In this document: piece after piece, positions 18,358 to 27,259 of the stretch
How positions within the stretch are numbered: the first letter of the stretch is position 1
Layout: each line of letters begins with the position of its first letter
Origin: an uncultured Alphaproteobacteria bacterium
GTDB taxonomy: Bacteria; Pseudomonadota; Alphaproteobacteria; JAAXGF01
NCBI GenBank assembly: GCA_964531525.1
Contig: CAZHDF010000004.1
Coordinates: 1 to 47,972 of the forward strand
Direction of reading: 5' to 3'
Length of the DNA stretch: 47,972 bases
Position numbers and translations under genes: made by a program
The notes under the pieces: model-generated
Told to the model about the DNA's origin: nothing
Seen by the model: only the letters and a program-made list of their open reading frames with translations
Database searches by the model: none

Positions 18358-19557
18358 CTAATCCGCGATGGGGTCGAGCGCCTGGGCGAGGTCGGCGAGG
18401 AGATCGTCGGCGTCCTCGAGCCCGACCGAGAGCCGCACCAGGCCGTCGCCGATGCCGAGGCGCGCGCGGTCCTCGGCGCCGATGGCGCGATGCGTCGTGG
18501 TCGCGGGGTGCGTGACCAGGCTCTTGGTGTCGCCGAGGTTGTTGGAAATGTCGATCAGCGCGAGCCGATCGAGGACCGCGAAGGCCGCTTCCTTGCCGCC
18601 CCGGACCTCGAAGCTGAGCACGGTTCCCGCCCCGGTCATCTGGCGCGCCGCCAGCGCGCGCTGCGGGTAATCGTCGAGCCCCGGGTAAACGACCCGGGCC
18701 ACCGCCGGATGTCGGGCGAGGGTCGCGGCGATCCGCGCCGCCGTCTCGCAGGCGCGCGCCAGGCGCAACTCCAGGGTCTCCAGCCCCTTCAGCAGTACCC
18801 AGGCATTGAACGGGCTGAGTGCCGGGCCGGTATGACGCATGAAGGGTTGCAGGATCTCGTCGCGGAAATGGCGGTCCGAGACCACCGCCCCGCCGAGGCA
18901 ACGCCCCTGCCCGTCGATATGCTTGGTCCCGGAATAGACCACCACGTCGGCGCCGAACGCGAGGGGCTTTTGCAAAAGCGGCGTCGAGAACACGTTGTCG
19001 ACCACCACCCGCGCGCCGACCCGATGGGCGAGCTCGGCGACGGCGGCGATGTCGATCAGCTCGAGCATCGGGTTCGAGGGGGTCTCGAAGAAGACGCAGG
19101 CGGTCTCGCGGTCGATCGCCGCCTCCCAGGCCGCCGGGTCGGCGCCGTCGACCAGGGTCGCGCGGACGCCGAAGCGCGGCAGGATCTGCGTGAGGATATG
19201 GTGGCAGGAGCCGAACAGCGCGCGCCCCGCGACCACGTGATCGCCCGCCTTGAGCTGGCACATCAGCGCGGCGAAGACCGCCGCCATGCCGCTCGCGGTG
19301 GCGAAGCAGGCCTCGGCCTCCTCGAGCGCGGCGAGGCGCTCCTCGAACATCGCGACGGTGGGATTGCCGTAGCGCGAGTAGATGAAGCCCGGGGCCTCGC
19401 CCTTGAAGCGCGCCTCGGCCTCGGCCGCCGAGGCATAGACGAAGCCCGAGTTGAGGAACAAGGCCTCGCTGGTCTCGCCCATGGACGAGCGCCGGATCCC
19501 GGCGCGCACCGCCCGCGTCGCCGCCCCGAAGCCCGTGATCCGCCCGCCGTCGCTCAT
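18358..19557 (-). CDS. metZ: O-succinylhomoserine sulfhydrylase / cystathionine gamma-synthase family PLP enzyme
   Basis: ATG at 19557 (MSDGGRITGFGAATRAVRAGIRRSSMGETSEALFLNSGFVY...). The PLP lysine motif is YSGTKHIDGQG. Confidence 0.8.
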   Translation of the reverse strand: MSDGGRITGFGAATRAVRAGIRRSSMGETSEALFLNSGFVYASAAEAEARFKGEAPGFIYSRYGNPTVAMFEERLAALEEAEACFATASGMAAVFAALMCQLKAGDHVVAGRALFGSCHHILTQILPRFGVRATLVDGADPAAWEAAIDRETACVFFETPSNPMLELIDIAAVAELAHRVGARVVVDNVFSTPLLQKPLAFGADVVVYSGTKHIDGQGRCLGGAVVSDRHFRDEILQPFMRHTGPALSPFNAWVLLKGLETLELRLARACETAARIAATLARHPAVARVVYPGLDDYPQRALAARQMTGAGTVLSFEVRGGKEAAFAVLDRLALIDISNNLGDTKSLVTHPATTTHRAIGAEDRARLGIGDGLVRLSVGLEDADDLLADLAQALDPIAD

Positions 19558-19579
19558 CCGTCGCTCTCTTTCCGTCGGT

Positions 19580-20341
19580 TCATCCGGCCCGTCTCCGCCC
19601 GTCGCCGCCGGAGCCGAACCCATGAATTCCGCATTCGGTCTTGCCCATCCCGGGCCATCGCCCGGCGCGAAGGGGCTGGCCATCTTCCACCCGGCCGGTG
19701 CAGGACCGACAGCCGATCGAGGGATAGCCTTCGTCGCGCAGCGGGTGATGCGGCAGCCTGCGTTCGCGGAAGGCTTCGAGGATGGCCTCTCGCGACCAGT
19801 CCGCCAAGGGGTTTATCTTGACGCGCCCGTCGAAGGTTTCGATCCGAGGCAGCCCCCATCGCGCATCGCCGTGGAACCGCTTGCGGCCGGTGATCCAGGC
19901 GTCGAAACCGGTCAGGGCGCGGGTCAGCGGCGACAGCTTCCGCAGCCGACAGCACCGATCGGGCATCCGCCGCCAAAGCATGCCATCGGGGTCCTCGCGA
20001 TCGATCTCCAAGGGATCGGGGGTAATAACCCGAACGTCGGCGAGACCGAGGCGTTCGACCAGGGCGTCCCGATAGGCGAGGGTCTCCGGGAAATGCCTGC
20101 CGGTATCGAGAAAGATCACCGGCAGCGCTCGATCGATCCGGGCCACGAGGTCCAACAGAACGGCCGCTTCGGCCCCGAATGACGAGACCAGCGCGATGCG
20201 TCCCGGGAACACCTCTTCCAGCATGACGCGAAGCAGCGCCGTGGTTTCGAGATGATCGTAACGCCGCCGCAAATAGGCGCCGTAGGCCGCGGGAAAGCTT
20301 GCGGCGGCGGTCTTCGCCTGCGGCCGCCAGACGTAGCTCAC
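19580..20341 (-). CDS. cysH: Assimilatory APS/PAPS reductase (Fe-S type CysH)
   Basis: Motifs SSFGAEAAVLL, the CC...CxxC cluster (DRCCRLRK, IGCRSCTG) and C-terminal KTECGIH. The start is chosen as the GTG at 20341, 8 nt after GAGGG and 10 nt after the upstream stop. ATG 20413 is an alternative. Confidence 0.75.
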   Translation of the reverse strand: MSYVWRPQAKTAAASFPAAYGAYLRRRYDHLETTALLRVMLEEVFPGRIALVSSFGAEAAVLLDLVARIDRALPVIFLDTGRHFPETLAYRDALVERLGLADVRVITPDPLEIDREDPDGMLWRRMPDRCCRLRKLSPLTRALTGFDAWITGRKRFHGDARWGLPRIETFDGRVKINPLADWSREAILEAFRERRLPHHPLRDEGYPSIGCRSCTGRVEDGQPLRAGRWPGMGKTECGIHGFGSGGDGRRRAG

Positions 20342-20351
20342 GACAAGACCC

Positions 20352-20951
20352 TCAGTAGGCCCAGTTCGCCGCGACGGCCACGGGGACCTGACTTGCGGTC
20401 GAAGCCCCGCCATCCTCCGCGCGGGCGGGCGAACGCCGGTCATTCCGATCCTCTCCGCCCCGTGCCTGGCGATGGTCCGGCAGGTGATGACGCAGCGCAT
20501 AGGCCGGCCGACGCCCATCGACCGCCGGCTGATAGACGACGCTGATCTCGGCGAGCGCCGCGCTCAGGCTTTCGGCGTCGGTCGCTTCCGCGATCTCGAA
20601 GGCGTCGAAGCCGCAGCGGCGCATGAACAGGAGCTGATCGCGCAGCACCTCGCCAACCGCGCGAATCTCGCCCCGGTAGCCGTACCGCTCGCGCAGCAGC
20701 CGCGCCGTGGTGTAGGCGCGCCCGTCGGTGAAGCGCGGAAACTCGATCGCGATCGCCGCGAAGCGGTCGAGATCGCCAGCGATCTCGTCGCTGACCTTGT
20801 CCAGAGTCTCGTCGCTCGCGAGGCGCAGGCCGAGGCGCCGGTTGGTCGCGGGCTCGGCGGCGCGCAGCTTTCGCCAATCGTCGAGAGTGACGAAACGAAC
20901 CTCGTCCGTCCCACCGGGCACATCGTTCGTTCGGGCCTTAAGCAGGGGCAT
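20352..20951 (-). CDS. DUF934-family protein of sulfite-reduction operons, with a low-complexity C-terminal tail
   Basis: Core segment FPRFTDGRAYTTARLLRERYGYRGEIRAVGEVLRDQLLFMRRCGFDAFE. The ATG at 20951 follows AAGGAGAG and overlaps the cysI 3' end by 14 nt. Confidence 0.7.
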   Translation of the reverse strand: MPLLKARTNDVPGGTDEVRFVTLDDWRKLRAAEPATNRRLGLRLASDETLDKVSDEIAGDLDRFAAIAIEFPRFTDGRAYTTARLLRERYGYRGEIRAVGEVLRDQLLFMRRCGFDAFEIAEATDAESLSAALAEISVVYQPAVDGRRPAYALRHHLPDHRQARGGEDRNDRRSPARAEDGGASTASQVPVAVAANWAY

Positions 20952-22584
20952 AGAGTCTCTCCTTGAAGGGCGCGAGGCCGACGCGGCGGTAGGTTTCGAT
21001 GAACCGCTCGCCGGGCCGGCGCTCGTTCAGATAGACCTCGAGAATGGCCTCGACCGCGTCGACCACCTCGTGCTCGGAGAAGGCGCGGCCGACGATGGCG
21101 CCGATCGCGCCCGCGCCGTCGGCGACCCCGCCGAGGGTGATCTGGTAGAACTCGACCCCTTTCTTGTCGACGCCCAGGATGCCGATGTTGGCGACGTGGT
21201 GGTGGCCGCAGGCGTTGATGCAGCCCGAGATGTTGAGGGTGATCGGGCCGAGATCGTGCTGGCGGTCGAGGTCCGCGAACCGCTCGCCGAGGCGCTGGGC
21301 GATGGGGATCGAGCGGGCGTTGGCGAGGTTGCAGTAATCGAGCCCCGGGCAGGCGATTATATCGGTCACGAGCCCGGCGTTGGCGGTCGCGAGCCCGAGA
21401 TCATCGAGCGCCCGCCAGACGGCGTGAAGGTCGGATTTGCGGATGTCGGGCAGCACCAGGTTCTGCTTATAAGTGACCCGGATCTCGCCGAAGCCGAAGC
21501 GATCCGCGATCTCGGCGACGCCCTCCATCTGCGCGGCCGTCGCATCGCCCGGCACGCCGCCGATCGGCTTGAGCGAGGCGGTCACGATCGCGTAGCCGGG
21601 CTGGCGGTGGCGCTCGACGTTGCCGCGCAGCCAGTCGGCGAACCCCGGGGCGGCGCGGGCGGGATCGGGGTCGTCGTCGGCGAGGGTCTCGTAGGGCGGG
21701 GGCGCGAAATAGGCCCGGATGCGTCGAAGCTCCTCGTCCGGTAGGCGCAGGGCGTCGTCCTTGATCCGGTCCCATTCGGCCTCGACGAGCGCGGCGAAGG
21801 GGGCCGCGCCGATCTCGTTGACCAGGATCTTGATCCGCGCCTTGTAGATGTTGTCGCGCCGGCCGAGCTGGTTGTAGACCCGCAGGATCGCCTCGAGATA
21901 CGAGAGCAGGTCGCGCTCGGGCAGAAAGTCGCGGATGGTCTTGGCAAGCACCGGGGTGCGCCCCTGCCCGCCGCCGACCATCACCTCGAAACCGAGCGCG
22001 CCGCCCGCGTCGCGGTGGAGCCGCAGTCCGATATCGTGGACCCTGAGCGCCGCGCGATCGGTGGCCGCCGCGCTCACGGCGATCTTGAACTTGCGCGGCA
22101 GGAACGAGAACTCGGGATGCAGCGTCGACCACTGGCGGATGATCTCGGCATAGACGCGGGCGTCGGCCAGCTCGTCGGCGGCGACGCCCGCCAGCGGATC
22201 GGCGGTGACGTTGCGGATGCAGTTGCCGCTGGTCTGGATGGCGTGCATCTCGACCTCGGCCAGGGCCTCGAGGATGTCGGGCACGTCCTCGAGCCGGGTC
22301 CAGTTGAACTGGATGTTCTGGCGGGTGGTGAAATGGCCGTAGCCCTTGTCGAAGCGCCGCGCGATCTCGGCTAGGCGGCGAAGCTGGCGCGACGACAGCG
22401 TGCCGTAGGGGATCGCCACGCGTAGCATGTAGGCATGGAGCTGGAGATAGAGGCCGTTCATCAGCCGGAGTGGCTTGAACTCGTCCTCGGTCAGCGCGCC
22501 GTCCAACCGCCGGCGCACCTGATCGCGGAACTGGGCGACCCGCTCGGCCACCAGGGTCCGGTCGAATTCATCGTAGCGATACAT
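20938..22584 (-). CDS. cysI: Sulfite reductase hemoprotein (siroheme/[4Fe-4S], NirA/CysI family)
   Basis: Contains FKPLRLMNGLYLQ, TTRQNIQFNW, and the cluster/siroheme Cys motifs CPGLDYCNLANA and SGCINACGHH. Confidence 0.9.
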   Translation of the reverse strand: MYRYDEFDRTLVAERVAQFRDQVRRRLDGALTEDEFKPLRLMNGLYLQLHAYMLRVAIPYGTLSSRQLRRLAEIARRFDKGYGHFTTRQNIQFNWTRLEDVPDILEALAEVEMHAIQTSGNCIRNVTADPLAGVAADELADARVYAEIIRQWSTLHPEFSFLPRKFKIAVSAAATDRAALRVHDIGLRLHRDAGGALGFEVMVGGGQGRTPVLAKTIRDFLPERDLLSYLEAILRVYNQLGRRDNIYKARIKILVNEIGAAPFAALVEAEWDRIKDDALRLPDEELRRIRAYFAPPPYETLADDDPDPARAAPGFADWLRGNVERHRQPGYAIVTASLKPIGGVPGDATAAQMEGVAEIADRFGFGEIRVTYKQNLVLPDIRKSDLHAVWRALDDLGLATANAGLVTDIIACPGLDYCNLANARSIPIAQRLGERFADLDRQHDLGPITLNISGCINACGHHHVANIGILGVDKKGVEFYQITLGGVADGAGAIGAIVGRAFSEHEVVDAVEAILEVYLNERRPGERFIETYRRVGLAPFKERLYAPA

Positions 22585-22590
22585 GATCCG

Positions 22591-22899
22591 TCACGCGCTC
22601 CGCGCCATGGGCGACCATTCGAGGCTCGGCCCGAACGTCCGGATCCGCTCGCGCTGGCTCACCGGCGCGAGGCCGCCGTCCACGCGAACGACCGGAAAGG
22701 CGTAGACCCCGACCACGCGCCGGGCGCGCACATGGGCCTCGGCGAGATCGAGCAGACGGGCGGTTTCCGTCTCGTCTTCGGCCGGCCAGGCATCGGCCAG
22801 GCGCCTCGACCAATCGTTCGCCCGGGTCAGATAGACGACCCGCCCGTCGATCAGGCGGTTCGCGGTGATGACTTTCAAAGACGCAGCTTTCAAAGGCAT
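22591..22899 (-). CDS. DUF2849-family small protein (usual partner of cysI)
   Basis: ATG at 22899 (MPLKAASLKVITANRLIDGRVVYL...). Length 102 aa. It overlaps the 3' end of the SUMT gene by 10 nt and sits directly upstream of cysI. Confidence 0.65.
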   Translation of the reverse strand: MPLKAASLKVITANRLIDGRVVYLTRANDWSRRLADAWPAEDETETARLLDLAEAHVRARRVVGVYAFPVVRVDGGLAPVSQRERIRTFGPSLEWSPMARSA

Positions 22900-23771
22900 G
22901 GCACGAGTCCTCCCGAGAGAGCGGCCGCGCGCGACGCCGGTTCCCCGACTTCTCCGGCCTCCCCGGTCGCGCGCAGGCCCACCGCCCGGCCGATCAGGAT
23001 CAGCGCCGGCGCGGCAATTCGATGATCGCGGATCAAGGTCCCAAGCCCTTGGAGATCGCCCTCGACCACGCGCTGGTCGGAGTGCGATGCCTTCTCGACC
23101 ACGGCAACCGGCGTCGTGCCCGCCAGGCCATGGGCGATTAGCCGCCGCGCCAGAACCCCGGCGTTGGCGACCCCCATGTAGACCGCGAGCGTGCCGTCGA
23201 GCCGGGCGAGCGCCGCCCAGTCGAGATCGGGAAGGCCGTCGCGGCCGTGGCCGGTCACGAAAGTGACCGACGAGGTGGCCGCGCGATGGGTCAAGGGAAT
23301 TTCGGCGACGGCGGCGGCAGCGGCCGCGGCGGTGATGCCGGGCACGATCTCGACCCGGACGCCCGCGCGGCGAAGATAGGCGACCTCCTCGCCGCCGCGC
23401 CCGAAGATCAACGGATCGCCGCCCTTGAGGCGGACGACCCGCTTGCCGCCGCGCGCAAGCCGCAGAAGCAGCGCGTTGATGTCCTCCTGCCGCCAGAGAT
23501 GGCGGCCCGGCGCCTTGCCGACGCAGATCCGCCGCGCGCCCGGCGCGGCGAGCGCGAGCACGCTTTCGTCGACCAGGCGGTCGTGGACCACGACATCGGC
23601 GCTTCGCAGGCGATCGAGCGCGCGCAGCGTCAGGAGATCGGCGCTTCCCGGCCCCGCGCCGACGATCCGCACCTCGCCGCGAGACGCCGCGCGCCGACCG
23701 TCGGAGCGGGCGGGAAAAGGAGTCTGGGTTTGGGAGATATGGGACATGTGGTCCACGCCATCCGTTGCCAT
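22890..23771 (-). CDS. cobA: Uroporphyrinogen-III C-methyltransferase (SUMT; CobA / CysG methyltransferase domain only)
   Basis: Motifs VGAGPGSADLLTLRA, LKGGDPLIFGRGGEE and VPGITAA. The start is uncertain (ATG 23771 or ATG 23747). Confidence 0.8.
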   Translation of the reverse strand: MATDGVDHMSHISQTQTPFPARSDGRRAASRGEVRIVGAGPGSADLLTLRALDRLRSADVVVHDRLVDESVLALAAPGARRICVGKAPGRHLWRQEDINALLLRLARGGKRVVRLKGGDPLIFGRGGEEVAYLRRAGVRVEIVPGITAAAAAAAVAEIPLTHRAATSSVTFVTGHGRDGLPDLDWAALARLDGTLAVYMGVANAGVLARRLIAHGLAGTTPVAVVEKASHSDQRVVEGDLQGLGTLIRDHRIAAPALILIGRAVGLRATGEAGEVGEPASRAAALSGGLVPCL

Positions 23772-24204
23772 GACGGGCCCACGGAGGCGATGCCCCGTGG
23801 CGCTTTAGCAGTTGATGACGCGGTTGCAAGCTGCCCGATCAAATCGCCGCGGGTCCGTCGGGGTGGACCAGTCCCAATCCGTGCCGCATCATTTGTTCCG
23901 CTTGCGGTCCGAGTCAATGATTTTCCGCGGCCTGGGCCCAAAAAATCCCGACGGCGGCGAATCTCCGCCGCTTCGCTCGGGGGATTCACCCGGGCATTCG
24001 CCCAAACATTTGATTTCGATCAACCGCAGCCCCGATCCGCTCGTTTAGGCTTCCAGACTGCGGGCCGTGGGGTCTTTCGCTTGACCACTGAATTGATGTG
24101 GGTTTTTCTGGAAACCGCATCGGTCGCAAGGTCTTGGCCGGCGCGCGGGCGCGGCCTGGCCGGCCCGACAGGGGGACAGGAACCTTTTAGGGGGGACAAC
24201 GACG

Positions 24205-25371
24205 ATGAGAACACTGCTTCGGCGCGGCGCGATCGCCGTTCTCGCGGCTTCGGCGATCATGGTTCTGGGGCTGATCCCCGGCCGCGCCCTTGCCGCCGAT
24301 CCGATCCGGATCGGGACATTCCTTTCGGTTTCGGGGGGCGCCTCGTTTCTGGGCGATCCGGAACTCAAGACGATGGTGATGTTCATCGACCGCATCAACA
24401 AAAGCGGCGGTCTGCTGGGCCGGCGGATCGATTTGATCCACTACGACGACGAGACCCGCGCCAAGAACGCGATCACCTACGTCAAGCGCCTGATCAACCA
24501 GGACAAGGTGGACCTTATCGTCGGTGGCTCGACGACCGGCAACACCATGGCGGTTATCAAGCTGATCCAGAAGGCGGGCGTGCCCTTCATCTCGCTCGCC
24601 GGGGCGGGCGTGATCGTCGATCCGGTCAAGAAATGGGTCTTCAAGACGCCACATACCGACAAGGTGGCGGTCGCCAAGATCTTCACCGACATGAAAGCGC
24701 GCGATCTGACCAAGGTCGGGCTTCTGTCGGGGAGCGGCGGCTTCGACAAGTCCTGCCGCAAGAACGCGCGGGCGCTGGCGCCCGGGTTCGGCATCACGAT
24801 CGTCGCCGACGAGGTCCACGGCAAGGGCGACACCGACATGACGCCACAGCTCACCCGGATCAAGGGCACCGCGGGCGTTCAGACGCTGCTCTACTGCGGT
24901 TTCGGCGCGCCGACCAGCATCGTCGCCAAGAACTACAAGCAGCTCGGCATGACGATCCCGCATTATCAGACCCACGGTTCGGCCTCGATGAAGTTCATCC
25001 TGGGCGCGTCGGGCGCGGCCGAGGGCGTGCGGCTTCCGGCGGCGGCGCTGCTGGTGGTCGATCAACTTCCCGCCGATCATCCCCAGAAGGCCGTGGGAAC
25101 CGCCTACAAGGCGGCCTACGAGGCCCGCTACAAGGAACCGATCTCGACCTTCGGCGGCCATGCCTACGACGGGCTTCTCATCGCCACCGAGGCGATCAAG
25201 CGCGCGGGCTCGACCGACAAGGCGAAGGTACGCGACGAGATCGAGAAGACCAACAATCTGGTCGGCGTCGACGGCATTTTCACCATGTCGCCCAACGATC
25301 ACCTGGGGCTCGACGCGGGGTCCTTCGTGATGGTCGAGGTGCGCAACGACAAATGGAAGCTGCTCCAGTAG
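24205..25371 (+). CDS. Periplasmic binding protein, branched-chain/hydrophobic amino acid type (LivJ/K-like)
   Basis: Signal peptide, then ADPIRIGTFLSVSGGASFLGDPE. Length 388 aa. It heads a livHMGF-type operon. Confidence 0.85.
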   Translation: MRTLLRRGAIAVLAASAIMVLGLIPGRALAADPIRIGTFLSVSGGASFLGDPELKTMVMFIDRINKSGGLLGRRIDLIHYDDETRAKNAITYVKRLINQDKVDLIVGGSTTGNTMAVIKLIQKAGVPFISLAGAGVIVDPVKKWVFKTPHTDKVAVAKIFTDMKARDLTKVGLLSGSGGFDKSCRKNARALAPGFGITIVADEVHGKGDTDMTPQLTRIKGTAGVQTLLYCGFGAPTSIVAKNYKQLGMTIPHYQTHGSASMKFILGASGAAEGVRLPAAALLVVDQLPADHPQKAVGTAYKAAYEARYKEPISTFGGHAYDGLLIATEAIKRAGSTDKAKVRDEIEKTNNLVGVDGIFTMSPNDHLGLDAGSFVMVEVRNDKWKLLQ

Positions 25372-25397
25372 TCGCTCCCTCGACGAACCTGACAATC

Positions 25398-25431
25398 CTC
25401 CCCCGCCGACGCCGGCGGGGGAGTTGATTTT
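25398..25431 (+). terminator. Intra-operon hairpin / attenuator between the binding-protein and permease genes
   Basis: CTCCCCCGCCG-acgc-CGGCGGGGGAG is a perfect 11-bp stem followed by TTGATTTT. It lies 6 nt upstream of the livH-like start. Confidence 0.55.
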
Positions 25432-25436
25432 CGAGC

Positions 25437-26318
25437 ATGGCCGTGTCTGCGGATTTCCTCCAATTCCTGTTCTCGGGCATTACCGTCGGCGCGATCTACG
25501 GATTGGTCGGGCTCGGCTTTTCGATCATCTACAACGCGAGCCACGTGATCAATTTCGCCCAGGGCGAGTTCGTGATGATCGGCGGCATGGCGACGGTCTC
25601 GTTCATCGGCTTCGGACTGCCGCTGCCGGTCGCGGTGGCGCTCGCGATTCTCGCGACGGTCGGGGTCGGCCTTTTGTTCGAGAAGCTCGCCATCGAACCC
25701 GCCCGCGATTCCTCGATCGTTACCTTGATCATCATCACGATCGGCGCCTCGATCCTGTTTCGCGGCGCGGCCCAGGTCATCTGGGGCCAGAATTTTCACA
25801 GCCTGCCGTCGTTCTCGGGGGACGATCCTATCCTGATCGGCGGCGCGGCGATCCTGCCGCAAAGCCTGTGGGTGATCGGCGGCGCGGCCGCGATCGTCGC
25901 CGGGCTTCAATGGTTCTTCAACCGGACGCTGGCCGGCAAGGCGATGATCGCCACCTCGCACAACCCGTTGGCCGCGCGGCTGGTGGGCATCAACACCCGC
26001 TTCGTGCTGCTGCTCAGCTTCGGCCTTTCGGCCATGCTGGGGGGAGCCGCCGGAATTCTCATCGCGCCGATCTCGCTGACCTATACCGGAGTCGGCGTGA
26101 TGCTCGGGCTCAAGGGCTTCTGCGCCGCGGTGCTCGGCGGGCTCGGCAAGCCCATGGGCGCGGTCGCGGGCGGGCTGATCGTCGGCATCAGCGAGATGAT
26201 GACGGCGGGCTACGTCTCGTCGGCCTACAAGGACGCGGTCGCCTTCATCATCATCCTCGCGGTGCTCTTCTTCATGCCGAGCGGATTGTTCGGCGACCGG
26301 GAAACGGAGCGGGTATGA
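25437..26318 (+). CDS. livH: Branched-chain amino acid ABC permease (LivH type)
   Basis: N-terminus MAVSADFLQFLFSGITVGAIYGLVGLGFSIIYNASHVINFAQGEF; length 293 aa. Confidence 0.85.
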   Translation: MAVSADFLQFLFSGITVGAIYGLVGLGFSIIYNASHVINFAQGEFVMIGGMATVSFIGFGLPLPVAVALAILATVGVGLLFEKLAIEPARDSSIVTLIIITIGASILFRGAAQVIWGQNFHSLPSFSGDDPILIGGAAILPQSLWVIGGAAAIVAGLQWFFNRTLAGKAMIATSHNPLAARLVGINTRFVLLLSFGLSAMLGGAAGILIAPISLTYTGVGVMLGLKGFCAAVLGGLGKPMGAVAGGLIVGISEMMTAGYVSSAYKDAVAFIIILAVLFFMPSGLFGDRETERV

Positions 26319-27259
26319 CCGCCCTCGGACGGCCCGGAACGCGGGGGCTGGTCGCGCTCGCCGCCGTCATGGCGGTTCTGCCGGCGCTGCTTCCCAACGA
26401 CTTCCTCCTCGGCATAGCGACCCTGGTCGGCATCAACGCGATCGCTTGCATCGGGCTCAATCTCCTGATCGGCTATGCCGGTCAGATCAGCCTCGGCCAC
26501 GCCGGGTTCTTCGCGCTCGGTGCCTACGCCTCGACCATCCTGGTGGGCGAGTTCGGCTGGCCGCCGCTCGCCGCGCTCGTCGCGGGCGCGGTCGGCGTCG
26601 CTTTGCTCGCGGTGGTGATTGCCCGGCCGATCATGAAGCTCAAGGGTCATTACCTCGCCATGGGCACGCTCGGCATGGGAATCGTGATCTCGATCGTGCT
26701 CGATCAGGAGGTCGCGCTCACGGGCGGTCCCGACGGCATGCCGGTCGACGCCTTCGCTCTGTTCGGCTGGGAGCCCGCGGGCGAGATGGCCTGGTATTGG
26801 ATCGTCTCGGGGCTGCTGCTGGTCTCGGTCTGGCTCGCGCTCAACCTGATCAACTCGCCGATCGGCCGCGCGCTCCGGGCGGTGCACGGCTCCGAGGCCG
26901 CGGCCTCGGTCGCGGGCGTCGACGTCGCCCAATACAAGGTCCGGGTGTTCGTCATCTCGACCGTCTTCGCGAGCATCGCCGGCAGCGTGTTCGCCCATTA
27001 CACGGGTTTCATCACGCCGTCGGAGGCGAGCTTCCTCCATTCGATCGAACTGGTCACGATGGTGGTTCTGGGCGGGCTCGCCTCGATCTTCGGCGCGGTC
27101 GTGGGGGCCGCGATCCTGACCGTCCTGCCGCAGCTTCTCGCCTTTCTCCACGACTTCGAGATGCTGGTGTTCGGCGCGATTCTGATCGGCACCATGATTT
27201 TCATGCGAAAGGGCCTGGTGCCGACGCTGGCCGGGCTGGCGCGGGGGCGGCGGCGGTGA
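26315..27259 (+). CDS. livM: Branched-chain amino acid ABC permease (LivM type)
   Basis: ATG at 26315 overlaps the livH stop (ATGA). Contains LNLLIGYAGQISLGHAGFFALGAY. Confidence 0.85.
   Translation: MTALGRPGTRGLVALAAVMAVLPALLPNDFLLGIATLVGINAIACIGLNLLIGYAGQISLGHAGFFALGAYASTILVGEFGWPPLAALVAGAVGVALLAVVIARPIMKLKGHYLAMGTLGMGIVISIVLDQEVALTGGPDGMPVDAFALFGWEPAGEMAWYWIVSGLLLVSVWLALNLINSPIGRALRAVHGSEAAASVAGVDVAQYKVRVFVISTVFASIAGSVFAHYTGFITPSEASFLHSIELVTMVVLGGLASIFGAVVGAAILTVLPQLLAFLHDFEMLVFGAILIGTMIFMRKGLVPTLAGLARGRRR

Noticed and set aside
19558-19579. Possible SAM riboswitch or leader upstream of the metZ-like gene
   Set aside because: Only 22 nt separate the cysH stop and the metZ start. The apparent upstream non-coding region is actually the 3' end of cysH (KTECGIH...).
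23812-24048. 78-aa ORF in the long intergenic gap
   Set aside because: It has no Shine-Dalgarno, a low-complexity Ser/Arg/Pro-rich translation and no hydrophobic or recognisable motif. It is most likely non-coding.
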